Source: Thermoanaerobaculia bacterium
GTDB lineage: Bacteria > Acidobacteriota > Thermoanaerobaculia > UBA5066
Assembly (NCBI GenBank): GCA_963719225.1
Contig: CAVRAY010000001.1
Location: 2,656,001 to 2,720,000 of the forward strand
Length of the DNA stretch: 64,000 nucleotides
Direction: 5' to 3'
Shown: positions 1-11,364 of the stretch, piece by piece
Numbering within the stretch: the first letter of the stretch is position 1
Layout: each line of letters starts with the position of its first letter
Made by a program: the position numbers and the translations under genes
The notes under the pieces: generated by a model
The model's database searches: none
Told to the model about the DNA's origin: nothing
The model's input: the letters and a program-made list of their open reading frames with translations, nothing else

Positions 1-541
1 GCGAAAGCCATGCCGCGACGCCTTCCACGGCCCAGGACGGCTCGAGGGGAGCGGCCTGCCGCAGCGAAAGGAGGGCGACCTGAAGAGCGGCATCGCTCAG
101 TGCGTTCCCCTTCTCCCGGGTCGCCGAGGCGACGAGAATGACCGGAGAGCGCAGCGCGCCGTTTCGCTCCCGGCCGTCCCAGCCGGAGGCCGTGACGCCG
201 GGTCCGGCGGTGAACAGGACGTTCAGCGGAGACCGGGCGGAAAGCGGCCTCGACCATCCGTCACGGTCCACGAGAGCCGAGATGAAAGCAGCGAAGTCGC
301 GGGCCAGCTCATCGCGCTGGCCCGCCGGGATTCCCGCGTCGAAGCTCACGAAGAGCTCGCCCGAGCGAAGGGCGCGGCGCTCGGCGGAGCGGGCATAGGG
401 CGAGCGCAGAATCTCCAGACGCCTCCGCGAGGCCGCCGCGTCCGAGGACTCGTCCGGAACGCTCGCGAACGCCGGGAGGCACGGAAACAGCGCGACCGAC
501 ACGAAGACGAGAACCGCGAGGCAACGGGCCTTGACGCGCAT
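1..541 (-). CDS. Secreted hypothetical protein, 3'-truncated by the window edge; possible peptidase-like
   Basis: Not in the ORF track. ATG at 541 overlaps the PP2C stop; the frame is open to base 1. Signal-peptide-like start MRVKARCLAVLVFVSVALFPCLPAFA; ends ...EPSWAVEGVAAWLS. Confidence 0.6.
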   Translation of the reverse strand, partial: MRVKARCLAVLVFVSVALFPCLPAFASVPDESSDAAASRRRLEILRSPYARSAERRALRSGELFVSFDAGIPAGQRDELARDFAAFISALVDRDGWSRPLSARSPLNVLFTAGPGVTASGWDGRERNGALRSPVILVASATREKGNALSDAALQVALLSLRQAAPLEPSWAVEGVAAWLS

Positions 542-1440
542 CAGCTCTGGGGCTTGGAGTCGGGATCGGGCGCGGGCGTGCCCGGCCCCTCGACGTTGAC
601 CGCGGTGCTTTCGCCCGAGGTGACCACCTGCCGCCGGATCGCCTCGTTTCCGGCGTGGCCCCCTTCCTTGCGCGCCGCGTCTCCCGCGACCTCGACGAGG
701 ATGGCCGTGATGTTGTCGACACCCCCGCGGTCGTTCGCCACGTCGATCAGCTGTCGCACGGTTTTCTCGAGATCGTCTTCGGACTTGAAGCGCGCGAAAA
801 GGTCCTCGTCGGGAACCATGCCCGTGAGGCCGTCGGAACACAGGAGGAACCGGTCGCCCGAGCGCACGGGAACCTCGATGAGGTCGACGGAGACGTGGGC
901 GGCGCCGCCGAGCGCGCGCGTCACGACGTTCTTGAGCGGATGGCTCTTGGCTTCGTCCTCGCTCAGGATGCCCGCGTTCACCTGCTCCTGAACCCACGAG
1001 TGGTCGTCCGTGAGGCGCCGAAGCTCCCCGTCCCGAAAGAGGTAGGCGCGGCTGTCGCCCACGTGCACGAGCGTCGCGCGGTCCGCGTCGAAGAGAGCCG
1101 CGACCACCGTCGTGCCCATGCCCTTGAGCTCGGGCCTGTTCTGCACGGCCCGCATGACTTTCTCGTTCGCCTTCTCGACCGCGGTCGTGAGACGGTTCCC
1201 CTCGAGCGAGACGCGGCTGTTGAACCCGAAGGGCCACGAGCTTTCGTGCTCCTCTTCCGTGGCGGCGATGTATTCCTGAATCGACTCGACGGTGATCCGC
1301 GAGGCGACCTCGCCCGCGGCGTGGCCGCCCATGCCGTCGGCGACGACGAAAAGGCCGCGCTCGGAGTCGAGGAGATAGGCGTCCTCGTTGTGACGTCTCT
1401 TTCGGCCGACGTCGGTGAGTCCGAATGCGGAGACGCTCAC
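541..1440 (-). CDS. PP2C-family Ser/Thr protein phosphatase (Stp1/PrpC-like)
   Basis: Motifs TDVGRKRRHNEDA, VADGMGGH, GMGTT, HVGDSRAY, LTDDHS, LCSDGL, GGVDNIT. Confidence 0.95.
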   Translation of the reverse strand: MSVSAFGLTDVGRKRRHNEDAYLLDSERGLFVVADGMGGHAAGEVASRITVESIQEYIAATEEEHESSWPFGFNSRVSLEGNRLTTAVEKANEKVMRAVQNRPELKGMGTTVVAALFDADRATLVHVGDSRAYLFRDGELRRLTDDHSWVQEQVNAGILSEDEAKSHPLKNVVTRALGGAAHVSVDLIEVPVRSGDRFLLCSDGLTGMVPDEDLFARFKSEDDLEKTVRQLIDVANDRGGVDNITAILVEVAGDAARKEGGHAGNEAIRRQVVTSGESTAVNVEGPGTPAPDPDSKPQS

Positions 1441-1447
1441 GCCTCGA

Positions 1448-2104
1448 TCATCCCTTCCGTCCGAAGACGCCGCTCGGGGTCTTGCGCTCGCCGCTGAGCC
1501 CCTTCTTCGGACGCACTTCCTGAAGCAGCTTCAAGGTCTCGGCGTCTTCGGGAAGCCACGTGAGAGCCTGTTCCAGATGACGCTCGGCCTTCGAGTTCAG
1601 GCCGGCCTGCATGTACAGCTTTCCGGCGTCGCGGTGAAACAGCGCGTTGTTGCCGTCGAGCCGGATCGCGGCCTCGATGGCGTCGACGCCCCGGCGGACC
1701 TGGCCCATCACCTTCATGCAGGCGAGCGCGAGGTAGTGCTGTGCCTTGGCGTCCTTGTCGTAGTGGTTCACGGACAGGTCGAACTGCGCGATGGCCTCGG
1801 GATAGTTTCCCTCCCGGTAGGCCTTGACGCCTTTCGCCAGATAGACGCGCGCCTGCGCCGCCGGGTCCTGGGAGATGGGCCGGTTCTTCTCGAGCTCGAG
1901 GTCGTGCGCCTTGCGCCGCACAGGACTCGTGAGGACGTTCATGGCCTCGGTCAGGATCTGAAAACGCTCTTCAGCCTGTTTCTTGGGGGCGGCGTCCTGA
2001 AACCGGTCGGGGTGGTACTCGCGGGCGAGCCGGCGGAACTTCTCCCGGACTTCCGAATCGGAAGCGTCTCGAGGAACCCCGAGCACGTCGTAATAATTCG
2101 TCAA
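1448..2104 (-). CDS. DnaJ-domain protein with C-terminal TPR repeats
   Basis: NYYDVLGV...YHPD J-domain followed by TPR-like helices. Confidence 0.85.
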   Translation of the reverse strand: MTNYYDVLGVPRDASDSEVREKFRRLAREYHPDRFQDAAPKKQAEERFQILTEAMNVLTSPVRRKAHDLELEKNRPISQDPAAQARVYLAKGVKAYREGNYPEAIAQFDLSVNHYDKDAKAQHYLALACMKVMGQVRRGVDAIEAAIRLDGNNALFHRDAGKLYMQAGLNSKAERHLEQALTWLPEDAETLKLLQEVRPKKGLSGERKTPSGVFGRKG

Positions 2105-2203
2105 CTCGACCTCGCAGGGCCCTCTGCCCGCCCTACCCGGGTTGTCGGCACGGATCAGATTCTCACACCCGGGGCCCGAAATTCCAACAGCGGGTGAGAG
2201 GGC

Positions 2204-3226
2204 TCACGTCTCCTTGCGGGCGACCTCGCGCCGTGCCGTGGAACGGACCGCATCGGGCACGTTCCGGTCGGTGGAGAGAGTCTTCTGATCCTTGGCGCTG
2301 AGGCGCATGACGAGCGAGATGGTGACGTCGATCGGGGAGCGCGGGTTCCTCACGATGGCCCGCATGGTGCCGTAGTGGCGCATCCAGTCCCGCCTGAACG
2401 CGATCGACCGGAGGACCTCCTCCGAGACACTCTTCATGTTCGCGATAGTCTCGGCGTCTGCGTCGCGCGTCTTCGGCGACTTCAGGACAGCGGACGAGAC
2501 GAGCCGATTGCGATCCTGCACGAGGAACATCCGCTCTTCCTTGTTGCCGCGGTACGCCAGCCGGATCCTGTCGACGACCGACATCGTCGCGACCCGGGCG
2601 AAGAGACTCTTCTTCTGGTCCTCGGTGAGCCCCGCGTCGTCCACGGGCACGTCCGGGGCCACGGCGGCCGGCACGTCCTCGACTGCCTCGTCCAGGTCGC
2701 GCCCTTCGTCCCTCTCGCGCTCTTTCTTGAGGAAGAACTCTTCGAGGAACTCGTCGGCCCTCCGCCGGATCTCGGGCGAGAGCCTCGGGTTCTCGAAGAG
2801 CCGCTCGACGATCACCGGGGAGGCGATGAGCCGCGTCTGGTTCGTGACGAGGATGTCCTGGAGCGGGGCATCCACGCGTTCGGCGAGCCACGCGAGCGTC
2901 TCGTCCGGGACGGCGCGATGTCGGATGAGAGGCTCGAGGACGAATGCGTCGTGCGTTCGGCGCGCCACGACCGCGAGCTGCTCGGGCCTCACACCGTCGC
3001 TCATCACGGCGCCCTTCAGACTGGCCGTGTCGAACGCCTTGAAGGACTCCTCGGCGACGGGCGCCAGCTGCTCGTCCCCGGAGGCCAGGATGCTCGCGAT
3101 GGCGCGGACGAGTTCCTCGGGCGGCAGCGGGATCATTCCCCGGGCGGCGAAATCGAGGATCTGGCGCGAGGCTTCTCCTCGCTCGATCTGGGTGAGGAGA
3201 TCGCCTTCCGGCGCGACGTCGGTCAC
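2204..3226 (-). CDS. Conserved hypothetical helical-repeat protein
   Basis: 340-aa ORF in operon orientation with typical codon usage; NPRL/NPRSP helical motifs. Confidence 0.65.
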   Translation of the reverse strand: MTDVAPEGDLLTQIERGEASRQILDFAARGMIPLPPEELVRAIASILASGDEQLAPVAEESFKAFDTASLKGAVMSDGVRPEQLAVVARRTHDAFVLEPLIRHRAVPDETLAWLAERVDAPLQDILVTNQTRLIASPVIVERLFENPRLSPEIRRRADEFLEEFFLKKERERDEGRDLDEAVEDVPAAVAPDVPVDDAGLTEDQKKSLFARVATMSVVDRIRLAYRGNKEERMFLVQDRNRLVSSAVLKSPKTRDADAETIANMKSVSEEVLRSIAFRRDWMRHYGTMRAIVRNPRSPIDVTISLVMRLSAKDQKTLSTDRNVPDAVRSTARREVARKET

Positions 3227-3265
3227 GGCGAGCCAGCTTAACCGAGAGGCAGCTAACCTTCCCGG

Positions 3266-4090
3266 TCAGCCGTTTCGGGCTGCATCGATGACGTAGTTCT
3301 TCACGGTCTCGTGCTCTCCGCCCAGGACGCCGAGCGGCCGGCCGTCCACGATGACGTCCACCGCCCCCGCGTTCCCGAGGGTGAGCGTGAACGTGGCGCC
3401 GTTCGCGAACTCGCGTTTTGATCCCTTCGGGAAGAGCCCGCGCACCACGAGCCGTCCGTCCACGAGGACTTCGGCCCAGCAGTCGTCACGGAAGCTCAGG
3501 GTGAGCGTTCGTCCCCGCGAGCCGGCTGGGGATGCGGCGCCGGGCAGCGCGGTCCCCGCGGGCAGCGCGACCGTGGCTGCCGCGACCGCGGGGGGAAGCG
3601 CGAGCGACGCCGGCCCGCTCTCCGCCCGCGCCGCCGGAACTGCCGAGGCCTCCGGTCCGCGGCGATCGGTGCTGCGGGAACGCATGAATGCCGCCGCGCC
3701 GGTGACCACCGCGAGCGCAAGCGCGATCGCGATGCCGCGCAACGTCGTCGAGGACGACACCGAACGCCGGGGCTGCGACAGGCGGAGGCCGGCCGTGCTG
3801 GTCGTCGCCTGGTGCTGCCGCCGCAGGCACTCGGCCTCCCAGCCCGCGTGAACGTGCCGGAACGCCGTGACGGAGCGTTCGGCATCGAGGCCGAGATGAA
3901 GAGCGATGACGCGAACGAAGCCCTTGGAAAAAACGCCGGCGGGAAGCTGTTCGTAACGGCCGGATTCGAGCGCGGCGATATGCCTCATCGAAACTTTCGT
4001 CGCGGCCGACAGCTGTTCCCGGCTCACATCGCGTAATTCGCGTTCGCGGCGAAGTTCTTCGCCGAATTCCTGGGCAGTTTCGGCAGTCAC
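3266..4090 (-). CDS. RodZ-like protein (HTH, TM, C-terminal DUF4115-like domain)
   Basis: GEELRRERELR...ALESG...LPAGVFSKGFVR HTH, one TM segment, C-terminal CWAEV...LGNAGAV. Confidence 0.85.
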   Translation of the reverse strand: MTAETAQEFGEELRRERELRDVSREQLSAATKVSMRHIAALESGRYEQLPAGVFSKGFVRVIALHLGLDAERSVTAFRHVHAGWEAECLRRQHQATTSTAGLRLSQPRRSVSSSTTLRGIAIALALAVVTGAAAFMRSRSTDRRGPEASAVPAARAESGPASLALPPAVAAATVALPAGTALPGAASPAGSRGRTLTLSFRDDCWAEVLVDGRLVVRGLFPKGSKREFANGATFTLTLGNAGAVDVIVDGRPLGVLGGEHETVKNYVIDAARNG

Positions 4091-4110
4091 CCGGTTCCCC
4101 GTAAGACGTT

Positions 4111-4139
4111 AGCCTATGGTGACTTACCGCCCCTGTCAA
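4111..4139 (-). promoter_or_regulatory. Sigma70-type promoter for the rodZ-like gene
   Basis: Minus strand TTGACA (4134-4139), 17 bp spacer, TAGGCT (4111-4116). Confidence 0.65.
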
Positions 4140-4878
4140 CGAAATTCGGGCCGTTTCCGAGGAGTCTACGCGCGCAGGCCGCAAGGAGCGCGTCCGCCGC
4201 GGGGTCTTCCGCGAGTCTCCTCCATTCCTCACGCGACGCCGAGGTCAGGAGCGAAAGTGCCGCGGCCCGCGGTGTGACGCAGTGCGTCAGGAGGGCGACT
4301 CGGATCGGGGGCCGGCTCGCCCAGTGCCTGTCGCGCGCGAGGAGAGCGAGCGCTTCGGGCCGCGGATGCCCGGTCGCGAGCCACCGCTGGAGGTCGTCGG
4401 ACGTGAGCCGCGGATTCGTCAGCGCCGCCTCGAGGACGCGAAGGTCCGGATCGTCCAGGAGGGACGGAAAGAGCGCCGCAGCGGCGAGCCGCGCGACCGC
4501 GACCTTCTCGCCCAACGCGAGGAATCTCAGGGCATCCTGGAGCTTCCGATTCGCCGAGACGCGAACCGGCGGAGGGGCACGCTGCTCGCGGCCGATGTCG
4601 AGCAGGTCGCGCCAGGTGAGGTCCTCGAGGCACCGGAGCGCCGCGTGTCGGGGTGTTTGCGGGTGCGCGGCGATGAGGCGCCGCACGCTCCGGAACGCGA
4701 GGAGCGTCTTGGAGGAGAGGATCTCCTCGATCATCGCCTCCGAAGCTTGCGGGTGCCGGAGAGCCTGAAGCGCATCGCGCTCCGTGAGGCGGGGAAGGTT
4801 GTCGGCGACGAGCGCGGCGAGGGTCGGGCGGTCCGCGCTCGAGATCCGGGCAGACAAGCCCGTATTGCCTTCGGCCAC
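4114..4878 (-). CDS. Hypothetical helical-repeat protein
   Basis: GTG start 1 nt after the trpA stop; HPQTP/TNPRL motifs resemble the 2204-3226 protein. Confidence 0.65.
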   Translation of the reverse strand: MAEGNTGLSARISSADRPTLAALVADNLPRLTERDALQALRHPQASEAMIEEILSSKTLLAFRSVRRLIAAHPQTPRHAALRCLEDLTWRDLLDIGREQRAPPPVRVSANRKLQDALRFLALGEKVAVARLAAAALFPSLLDDPDLRVLEAALTNPRLTSDDLQRWLATGHPRPEALALLARDRHWASRPPIRVALLTHCVTPRAAALSLLTSASREEWRRLAEDPAADALLAACARRLLGNGPNFVDRGGKSP

Positions 4879-4879
4879 G

Positions 4880-5689
4880 TCAGCCCTTCGTCGTCGCAGC
4901 CGCGAGCGCGCGCACGAGGCCCGCGGCGGCTTCGACGGGATCCCGGCCCTCCTGAAGGGCCTCTTCCATCGAGCCCACGACCGCGCTACCGACGACGACT
5001 CCGTCCGCGAAGGAAGCGACGGCGCGCACCTGCTCCGCCGTGGAGACGCCGAAGCCGACCGCGATCGGAAGGCGTGGCACGTTCTTCCGGACGCGGGCGA
5101 CGAGCGCCTCGAGCCCAACGGGAAGCTCCGTGCGCGCTCCCGTGATGCCCGCGCGCGACACGACGTAGAGGAACCCGCGCGACAGCGATCCCGCCCGGCG
5201 GATACGCCCGTCCGGAGAGGTCGGCGCCACGAGATACACCGGATCGAGCTTCGCGCTCTTCAGGATCGACGCGAATCCGCGGCCCTCCTCGGGCGGAAGG
5301 TCCGTGACGAGAACCCCGTCCGCACCCGCCTCGGCCGCGCGGTGCGCGAATTCGGCCTCGCCCATCGCGAGGATCGGGTTCGCGTAGGTGAAGACCACGA
5401 CGGGTGCTGCGAAGCGGGCGGCGCGCAGCTCCGCGAGCAGCGAGAGAGCCGCCGGCAGCGTCGTCCCCGACGCGAGCGCGCGCTCGCTCGCGCGCTGGAT
5501 GACCGGCCCGTCGGCGAGAGGGTCGCTGAAGGGGATCCCGAGCTCGACGACGTCGGCCCCGGATTCCGCGAGCGCGGGCAGGAGCCGCCGCGTCGTCGCG
5601 AGGTCCGGGTCGCCGGCCTCCACGAACACCACGAGAGCCGCGCGACCCGAAGCCTTCGCTCTTCCGAAGGCGCGCCCGATGGGATTCAC
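4880..5689 (-). CDS. trpA: Tryptophan synthase alpha chain
   Basis: [36 protein letters not shown]; GTG overlaps the trpB stop. Confidence 0.97.
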   Translation of the reverse strand: MNPIGRAFGRAKASGRAALVVFVEAGDPDLATTRRLLPALAESGADVVELGIPFSDPLADGPVIQRASERALASGTTLPAALSLLAELRAARFAAPVVVFTYANPILAMGEAEFAHRAAEAGADGVLVTDLPPEEGRGFASILKSAKLDPVYLVAPTSPDGRIRRAGSLSRGFLYVVSRAGITGARTELPVGLEALVARVRKNVPRLPIAVGFGVSTAEQVRAVASFADGVVVGSAVVGSMEEALQEGRDPVEAAAGLVRALAAATTKG

Positions 5690-6906
5690 AGCGTGACGCC
5701 CTCGCGCCGCGCCACGGAAGCGACGTCCTTGTCGCCGCGGCCGGAGAGATTCACGAGAAGGACCGTGCCCTTCGGCCGTCGGGGAGCCTCGGCGATGGCC
5801 CAGGCGACCGCGTGCGCCGTCTCGAGAGCGGGAATGATGCCCTCGGTTTCGGCGAGGCGGTGGAAGGCCGCGAGAGCCGCCTCGTCGTCGACGGAGACGT
5901 ATCGCGTCCTTCCGAGCTCGGCGAGGCGCGCGTGCTCGGGTCCGACGGCAGGATAGTCGAGCCCGGCGGAGACGGAGTGCGTCGGGAGGACCTGCCCGTC
6001 CGCGTTCTGCAGGATGAGCGTGCGCGTGCCGTGGAGGACGCCGATCGAGCCCTGGCCGAAGCGCGCCGCGTGCTCGCCGGGCGAGAGGCTTCGGCCTCCG
6101 GCTTCGACCCCGACCATCTCGACCCCGGGGAAGGGAAGGAACTCCCGGAAGAGGCCGATCGCGTTCGAGCCCCCGCCCACGCAGGCCACGAGGAGGTCCG
6201 GCAGCCTTCCGAGAAACCTGCGGCTCTGAGCGAGGGCCTCGCGTCCGATGACCGCGTGAAAGTCGCGGACCATCGTCGGAAACGGATGCGGTCCCAGGAC
6301 CGAGCCGAGGACGTAGTGCGTCGTCGCCGTCGACGCGACCCAGTCGCGCATCGCCTCGTTGATCGCATCCTTCAACGTGCGCGTGCCGCCCATCACGGGC
6401 ACGACCGTCGCGCCGAGGAGCTTCATGCGGTAGACGTTCAACGCCTGGCGCTCCACGTCCACGGCCCCCATGTAGACGACACACGAGAGCCCGAGGAGCG
6501 CGCAGGCCGTGGCCACGGCGACGCCGTGCTGGCCGGCACCGGTCTCCGCGATGACGCGGGACTTCCCCATGCGGACGGTGAGCAGAGTCTGGCCGAGCGC
6601 GTTGTTGATCTTGTGGGCGCCCGTATGGAGGAGATCCTCGCGCTTGAGGAAGATCCGCGCGCCCCCGAGGCTTTCCGAGAGCCGCTTGGCGTACGTGAGC
6701 GGCGTGGGACGTCCGGCGTACGTCTTGAGGAGATCGTCCAGCTCGCGCCGGAATGCAGGATCGCGCCGCGCGTCCCTGTAGGCACGGGAGAGCTCCTCGA
6801 GCGGCGCCATGAGCGTCTCCGGCACGAAGCGCCCACCGAAGGCGCCGAACCGGCCCTGCGCGTCGGCCTCCGGGGGACGGAAAGCGGCTCCTCTCGCTTC
6901 AGGCAC
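5686..6906 (-). CDS. trpB: Tryptophan synthase beta chain
   Basis: [42 protein letters not shown]. Confidence 0.98.
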   Translation of the reverse strand: MPEARGAAFRPPEADAQGRFGAFGGRFVPETLMAPLEELSRAYRDARRDPAFRRELDDLLKTYAGRPTPLTYAKRLSESLGGARIFLKREDLLHTGAHKINNALGQTLLTVRMGKSRVIAETGAGQHGVAVATACALLGLSCVVYMGAVDVERQALNVYRMKLLGATVVPVMGGTRTLKDAINEAMRDWVASTATTHYVLGSVLGPHPFPTMVRDFHAVIGREALAQSRRFLGRLPDLLVACVGGGSNAIGLFREFLPFPGVEMVGVEAGGRSLSPGEHAARFGQGSIGVLHGTRTLILQNADGQVLPTHSVSAGLDYPAVGPEHARLAELGRTRYVSVDDEAALAAFHRLAETEGIIPALETAHAVAWAIAEAPRRPKGTVLLVNLSGRGDKDVASVARREGVTL

Positions 6907-8350
6907 CTCGAACCTCCTTCACGAACGCCGCGATCTTCGCCGGGTCTTTGACTCCCGGCGCCGTCTCGACGCCCGACGAGACGTCCACGACGTCGGGTCT
7001 CACCTTCCTCACCGCGTTCGCCACGTTCCCGGGCTGCAGTCCGCCCGCGAGCACCACGGGTCTCGAGCGATCGATCCCTTCCAGGAGACTCCAGTCGAAG
7101 ACGCAGCCCGTGCCGCCTCCCGCTCCGGCGACGGACGTGTCGAAGTGGAGGGCATCGCCTTCGGCTTTGCTCGCCGAGGAGAGGTCGTCGCGGCCGACGC
7201 GAATGGTGTTCCAGAACGTGATGTCCGAAGAGAAGAATTCCTTAGAAGGTGAAAGAGCGGGGTTGGGCATTTGAACGACGTCCGGGCGGACAAGGTCGAC
7301 GATGCGCTGCACGTCCTCTTCCGTCGCCGTCTCGTCGAAAACCGCCACGACGCCCTTCACGCTGCCTTTCGCTTTCATTCGCAGAAGTCTCCCCTCTTCA
7401 GGCGTCAGTCGCCGCGGCGACCGCGGCGCGAAGACGAGGCCGATCCAGTCCACGCCCTGTTCCAGACAGGCATCCACGTCTTCCCCCCGCGTGATCCCGC
7501 AGATCTTGACCTCCGTCGCGTTCTCGCCGCGCAGCGCGCGCAGCGTCGCGGCGGGGTCCGTAGCCTTGAGAAGCGTCTCACCCACCAGAAAGGCACCATA
7601 GCCCGCGGCGGCGAGCGCCTCGACATCGTGCCGCGACCGGATGCCGCTCTCGGCCACGCGCGCGACCGACGCCGGAAGGAGCGCGCCGAGGCGCGCCATT
7701 CCGGCCAGGTCGACTTCGAAAGTCCTCAAGTCGCGTGAATTCACGCCGACGATCTCGGCGCCCGCGCCGAGCGCCCGCTCGATCTCCCCCTCGTCGTGCG
7801 CTTCCACGAGAACCGCGAGTGCGCGGGACCTCGCGGCCGCATGGAGCCGCCCGAGGGTGGCGTCATCGAGGGCCGCGACGATGAGAAGCACGGCGTCGGC
7901 GCCCAGAGCGGCCGCAAAGTCCAGCTGGATCTCGTCCACCACGAAGTCCTTCATGAGGACGGGCAGGCCCGACGCCGCCTTCGCGCGTGGCAGCCACGAG
8001 GGGTCGCCGCCGAAGAAATCCTGCTCGACGACGACGGACACCGCCGAGCCGCCGCCACGCCGGTAGGCGCGCGCGACGGTTTCGATGCGCGACGCGGCGT
8101 CGGGAAGGATCAACCCCGCGCTCGGCGAGCGGTGCTTGATTTCGGCGAGAAACACAGGAAGAGGAAGAGAAGAGATTTGCTTAGAAGGGGAAGAGAGGGA
8201 ACGCGCGAAGCCGACTCCGTCCGGCGGAGCAGCGGGCTGCGCTGCAGCGGCAGAGGCGCGCACCTGGGCACCCATCTTGGCGGTGAACTCCCCCGCCGCG
8301 ATGCGCCGCCGCTTTGCCGCGAGAATCTCGCTCAGAACCGATTCGCCCAC
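6899..8350 (-). CDS. trpCF: Bifunctional indole-3-glycerol-phosphate synthase / PRA isomerase (TrpC-TrpF fusion)
   Basis: [27 protein letters not shown], then [29 protein letters not shown]. Confidence 0.95.
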   Translation of the reverse strand: MGESVLSEILAAKRRRIAAGEFTAKMGAQVRASAAAAQPAAPPDGVGFARSLSSPSKQISSLPLPVFLAEIKHRSPSAGLILPDAASRIETVARAYRRGGGSAVSVVVEQDFFGGDPSWLPRAKAASGLPVLMKDFVVDEIQLDFAAALGADAVLLIVAALDDATLGRLHAAARSRALAVLVEAHDEGEIERALGAGAEIVGVNSRDLRTFEVDLAGMARLGALLPASVARVAESGIRSRHDVEALAAAGYGAFLVGETLLKATDPAATLRALRGENATEVKICGITRGEDVDACLEQGVDWIGLVFAPRSPRRLTPEEGRLLRMKAKGSVKGVVAVFDETATEEDVQRIVDLVRPDVVQMPNPALSPSKEFFSSDITFWNTIRVGRDDLSSASKAEGDALHFDTSVAGAGGGTGCVFDWSLLEGIDRSRPVVLAGGLQPGNVANAVRKVRPDVVDVSSGVETAPGVKDPAKIAAFVKEVRGA

Positions 8351-8375
8351 CCCTCTTACCCCTTCTAAGCAATCT

Positions 8376-9419
8376 TCAATCTTCTCTCTCGTCCCCTCGC
8401 GAGATCCGAATGAGATCTTCGAGAGCCGTCGCCGCTTTCCCGTCCTCGAGCGCGGCCTCGGCCCGCGCCACGCCTTCCCGGAAATCCGAGGCGATGCCCG
8501 CCACGACGAGCGCGGCGGAGGCGTTCATGAGCACGACGCTCCGCGCGTCGCGCCGGAAGCCGCCGAGGACGGCCCGCAGAATCTCCGCGTTCGTCACGGC
8601 GTCTCCGCCACGGAGCGCGTCGGGGCTGCCATCGTCGAGGCCGAAGTCCACCGGGCCGAGCTGCAGAAGCTCGACGTCCCCGCCGCGAACCTCGGCGGCG
8701 AAGGTGCGGCCGAAGGGCAGGAGCTCGTCCCCTCCCGTCTCGTGCGAAAAGACGAGTCCGTGCTCCGTCCCGAGCGCCGCGAGGGCGCCGGCGATCACCG
8801 GGACGCGCTCGGGATGATCGACGCCGACGATCTGACGTGTGACGCCGGCGGGATTCGAAAGAGGCCCGGCGAGGTTGAAGACGGTGCGCAGGCCCAGCTC
8901 GCGCCTGAGCGGACCGACCTTCTTCATCACGGGGTGATAGAGCGGCGCGAAGAAGAACGTGACGTTCGCGCGGGCGAGCGCCTCGGCGGCGAGCACGGGC
9001 GACATCTCGATGTCGACGCCGAGCGCCGCGAGCACGTCGGCCGAACCGCAGGCGGAGGAAACCGCGCGGTTGCCGTGCTTGGCGACCGGCGCGCCGGCTC
9101 CGGCGGCGACGAAAGCGGCGGCCGTCGAGACGTTGAACGTGCCGAGTGAATCGCCTCCGGTGCCGCAGACGTCGATCGCGCGCGCGGCCAGCGCGGCATC
9201 CACCGGAGGCCTCAGCGAGCGCGCCCGGAGGGCGTCCACGGCGCCCGCCACGGCCTCGACCGTCTCGCCCATGGCGGCCAGGGCCGAGAGAAGGCCTCCC
9301 GCGATCGCCGCCGGGATCTCCTCGTCGAGGAGCGCCGAGACGGCGCTCCTCGCGTCCTCGCGCGTCAGGCGCCTTCCACGCGTCACGGAATAAAGCGCGC
9401 GATGGGCCGCCGTCGTCAT
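8376..9419 (-). CDS. trpD: Anthranilate phosphoribosyltransferase
   Basis: DVCGTGGD, FNVST, AKHGNRAVSS, GSADVL, RTVFNLAGPLSNP; ATGA overlap with trpG. Confidence 0.96.
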   Translation of the reverse strand: MTTAAHRALYSVTRGRRLTREDARSAVSALLDEEIPAAIAGGLLSALAAMGETVEAVAGAVDALRARSLRPPVDAALAARAIDVCGTGGDSLGTFNVSTAAAFVAAGAGAPVAKHGNRAVSSACGSADVLAALGVDIEMSPVLAAEALARANVTFFFAPLYHPVMKKVGPLRRELGLRTVFNLAGPLSNPAGVTRQIVGVDHPERVPVIAGALAALGTEHGLVFSHETGGDELLPFGRTFAAEVRGGDVELLQLGPVDFGLDDGSPDALRGGDAVTNAEILRAVLGGFRRDARSVVLMNASAALVVAGIASDFREGVARAEAALEDGKAATALEDLIRISRGDERED

Positions 9420-9985
9420 GCGAGCCGCCCGGCGACGAAATTCTTCAGGAGACGCTCCCCCTGGGGCGTGAGGATCGACTCGGGATGGAACTGCACGCCC
9501 ACGAGCGGGAGTGTCCGGTGCGCCAGTCCCATCACGAGGCCGTCCGCGCTCGTCGCCGTGACGCGCAGCGCGGCGGGTACCGAATCCTTCTCGACGACGA
9601 GGGAGTGATAGCGCGTGGCCGTGAACGGGTTCTCGAGGCCTTCGAAGAGCCCTCTCCCGTCGTGCGCGATCTCGGAGGTCTTTCCGTGCATGAGGACGGG
9701 CGCCCGGGAGACCTTTCCGCCGAAGACGGCGCCCAGAGCCTGATGGCCGAGACACACGCCCAGGAGCGGGATGGTCTCGTTCCGGCGGAAGAGCTCGCAC
9801 GAGATCCCGGCATCCTCGGGGCGGCCCGGCCCCGGTGACACGACGAGCCGGTCGGGCTTCGCGGCGAGAACCTCGTCCACGGACAGGGCGTCGTTCCGCA
9901 CCACGCGGACGTCGTCGTCGAGGGTCGACAGAATCTGGACGAGGTTGTATGTGAAGGAATCGTAGTTGTCGATCACGAGGATCAT
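9416..9985 (-). CDS. trpG: Anthranilate synthase component II (glutamine amidotransferase)
   Basis: IDNYDSFTYNL, SPGPG, GVCLGHQ, RYHSL, QFHPES. Confidence 0.96.
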   Translation of the reverse strand: MILVIDNYDSFTYNLVQILSTLDDDVRVVRNDALSVDEVLAAKPDRLVVSPGPGRPEDAGISCELFRRNETIPLLGVCLGHQALGAVFGGKVSRAPVLMHGKTSEIAHDGRGLFEGLENPFTATRYHSLVVEKDSVPAALRVTATSADGLVMGLAHRTLPLVGVQFHPESILTPQGERLLKNFVAGRLA

Positions 9986-11364
9986 CGGTACGTCCCCGCT
10001 CTCTCCACGGCGCGCATGAGAGCGCGCGCCTTGTTCTCGCATTCGGTGGCCTCGGACTCTGGATCCGAGTCCGCGACGATCCCCGCCCCGGCCTGGATGT
10101 GCATCGTGCCGTTCGCCACGACCGCCGTTCGAATCGCGATCGCGACGTCGAGGTTGCCGGCGAAGTCGAGATAGCCCACGGCTCCCCCGTAGGCCCCCCG
10201 TCTCACGGGCTCGAGATCCTCGATGATCTCCATCGCGCGAATTTTCGGCGCCCCGGTCAGCGTGCCCGCCGGAAACGTGGCGGTCAGCGCATCGACGGCG
10301 CCCTTGTCGGGCGCGAGGACGCCCGTCACTCGCGACGCGATGTGCATGACGTGCGAGTAGCGCTCGACGTGGAAGAAGTCCTTGACCCGGATGCTGCCGG
10401 CCTTCGCGACCCGGCCGAGGTCGTTCCGGCCGAGGTCCACGAGCATCACGTGCTCGGCGCGCTCCTTCGGGTCGGCGACGAGCTCCCTCTCGAAGGCGAG
10501 GTCCTCCTCCCGCGTCGCCCCACGCGGCCGGGTCCCGGCGAGCGGAATCGTCTCGGCCGTCGACTCTCCCGCTGAGGCGGCCACGTGGACGAGACGCTCG
10601 GGGGACGCGCCGAAGATCGCGCCGTGAGGCGTTCTGAGGTAGTACTGGTAGGGCGAGGGACTGAGGGAGCGCAGGGCGCGATAGACCGCGAAGGAATCGC
10701 CCGTGAACGGCGCGGACCACCTCCGCGAGAGGACGACCTGGAAGACGTCCCCCGCGCGGATGTGCTCCTTCGCGCGCTCGACGGCGGACAAGAAGGACGG
10801 AAGAGGAAGAGATTCTTCGAATGAGAGAGAGGGGGACGGAGCCGGAGCCGTGGGCACGGGCGTCGCGGTGGCGCGGGCTTGAAGGTCCCGTAGCCTTTCG
10901 AAGGCTCTCTTGTCCTCGCCGGTTCCTTCCCCGGCGTGGGTGACGAAGAGAAGCCGGTGACGCACGTGATCGAACGCGATGACCGCGTCGAAGATCCCGA
11001 ACCAAGCGTCGGGCATCCCGATCGGGTCAGGCTTCGAGTCGGGCAGCCGCTCGAGCCGGCGCACCGCGTCGTAGCCCACGTAGCCGACGGCCCCGCCCGT
11101 GAAGGGAGGCAGGTCCTCGCCTCCCGCCGCCGTCACGTGGCGAGGAAGCGTCCGGAGCGCGTCGAAGGGATCGCTCGCCCGGCCCGAGATCTCGCCCGAC
11201 GGCGACGCGCCCAGGAACGACCAGCGCGCGACACGGTCTCCGCCCTCGACCGATTCGAGGAGGAAGCACGGCCCACCCCCGGAGAGGAGTCCACGCATCA
11301 ACGCGACCGGAGTCGTGAGATCCGCCGGCTGCTCGACGACGACCAGCTGCCCGGGCGCTTTCAC
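9982..11364 (-). CDS. trpE: Anthranilate synthase component I
   Basis: [47 protein letters not shown]. Confidence 0.96.
   Translation of the reverse strand: MKAPGQLVVVEQPADLTTPVALMRGLLSGGGPCFLLESVEGGDRVARWSFLGASPSGEISGRASDPFDALRTLPRHVTAAGGEDLPPFTGGAVGYVGYDAVRRLERLPDSKPDPIGMPDAWFGIFDAVIAFDHVRHRLLFVTHAGEGTGEDKRAFERLRDLQARATATPVPTAPAPSPSLSFEESLPLPSFLSAVERAKEHIRAGDVFQVVLSRRWSAPFTGDSFAVYRALRSLSPSPYQYYLRTPHGAIFGASPERLVHVAASAGESTAETIPLAGTRPRGATREEDLAFERELVADPKERAEHVMLVDLGRNDLGRVAKAGSIRVKDFFHVERYSHVMHIASRVTGVLAPDKGAVDALTATFPAGTLTGAPKIRAMEIIEDLEPVRRGAYGGAVGYLDFAGNLDVAIAIRTAVVANGTMHIQAGAGIVADSDPESEATECENKARALMRAVERAGTYR

Noticed and set aside
40-55. Possible frameshift in the edge ORF
   Set aside because: Recounting the G4 run shows the frame is intact through WAVEGVAAW.
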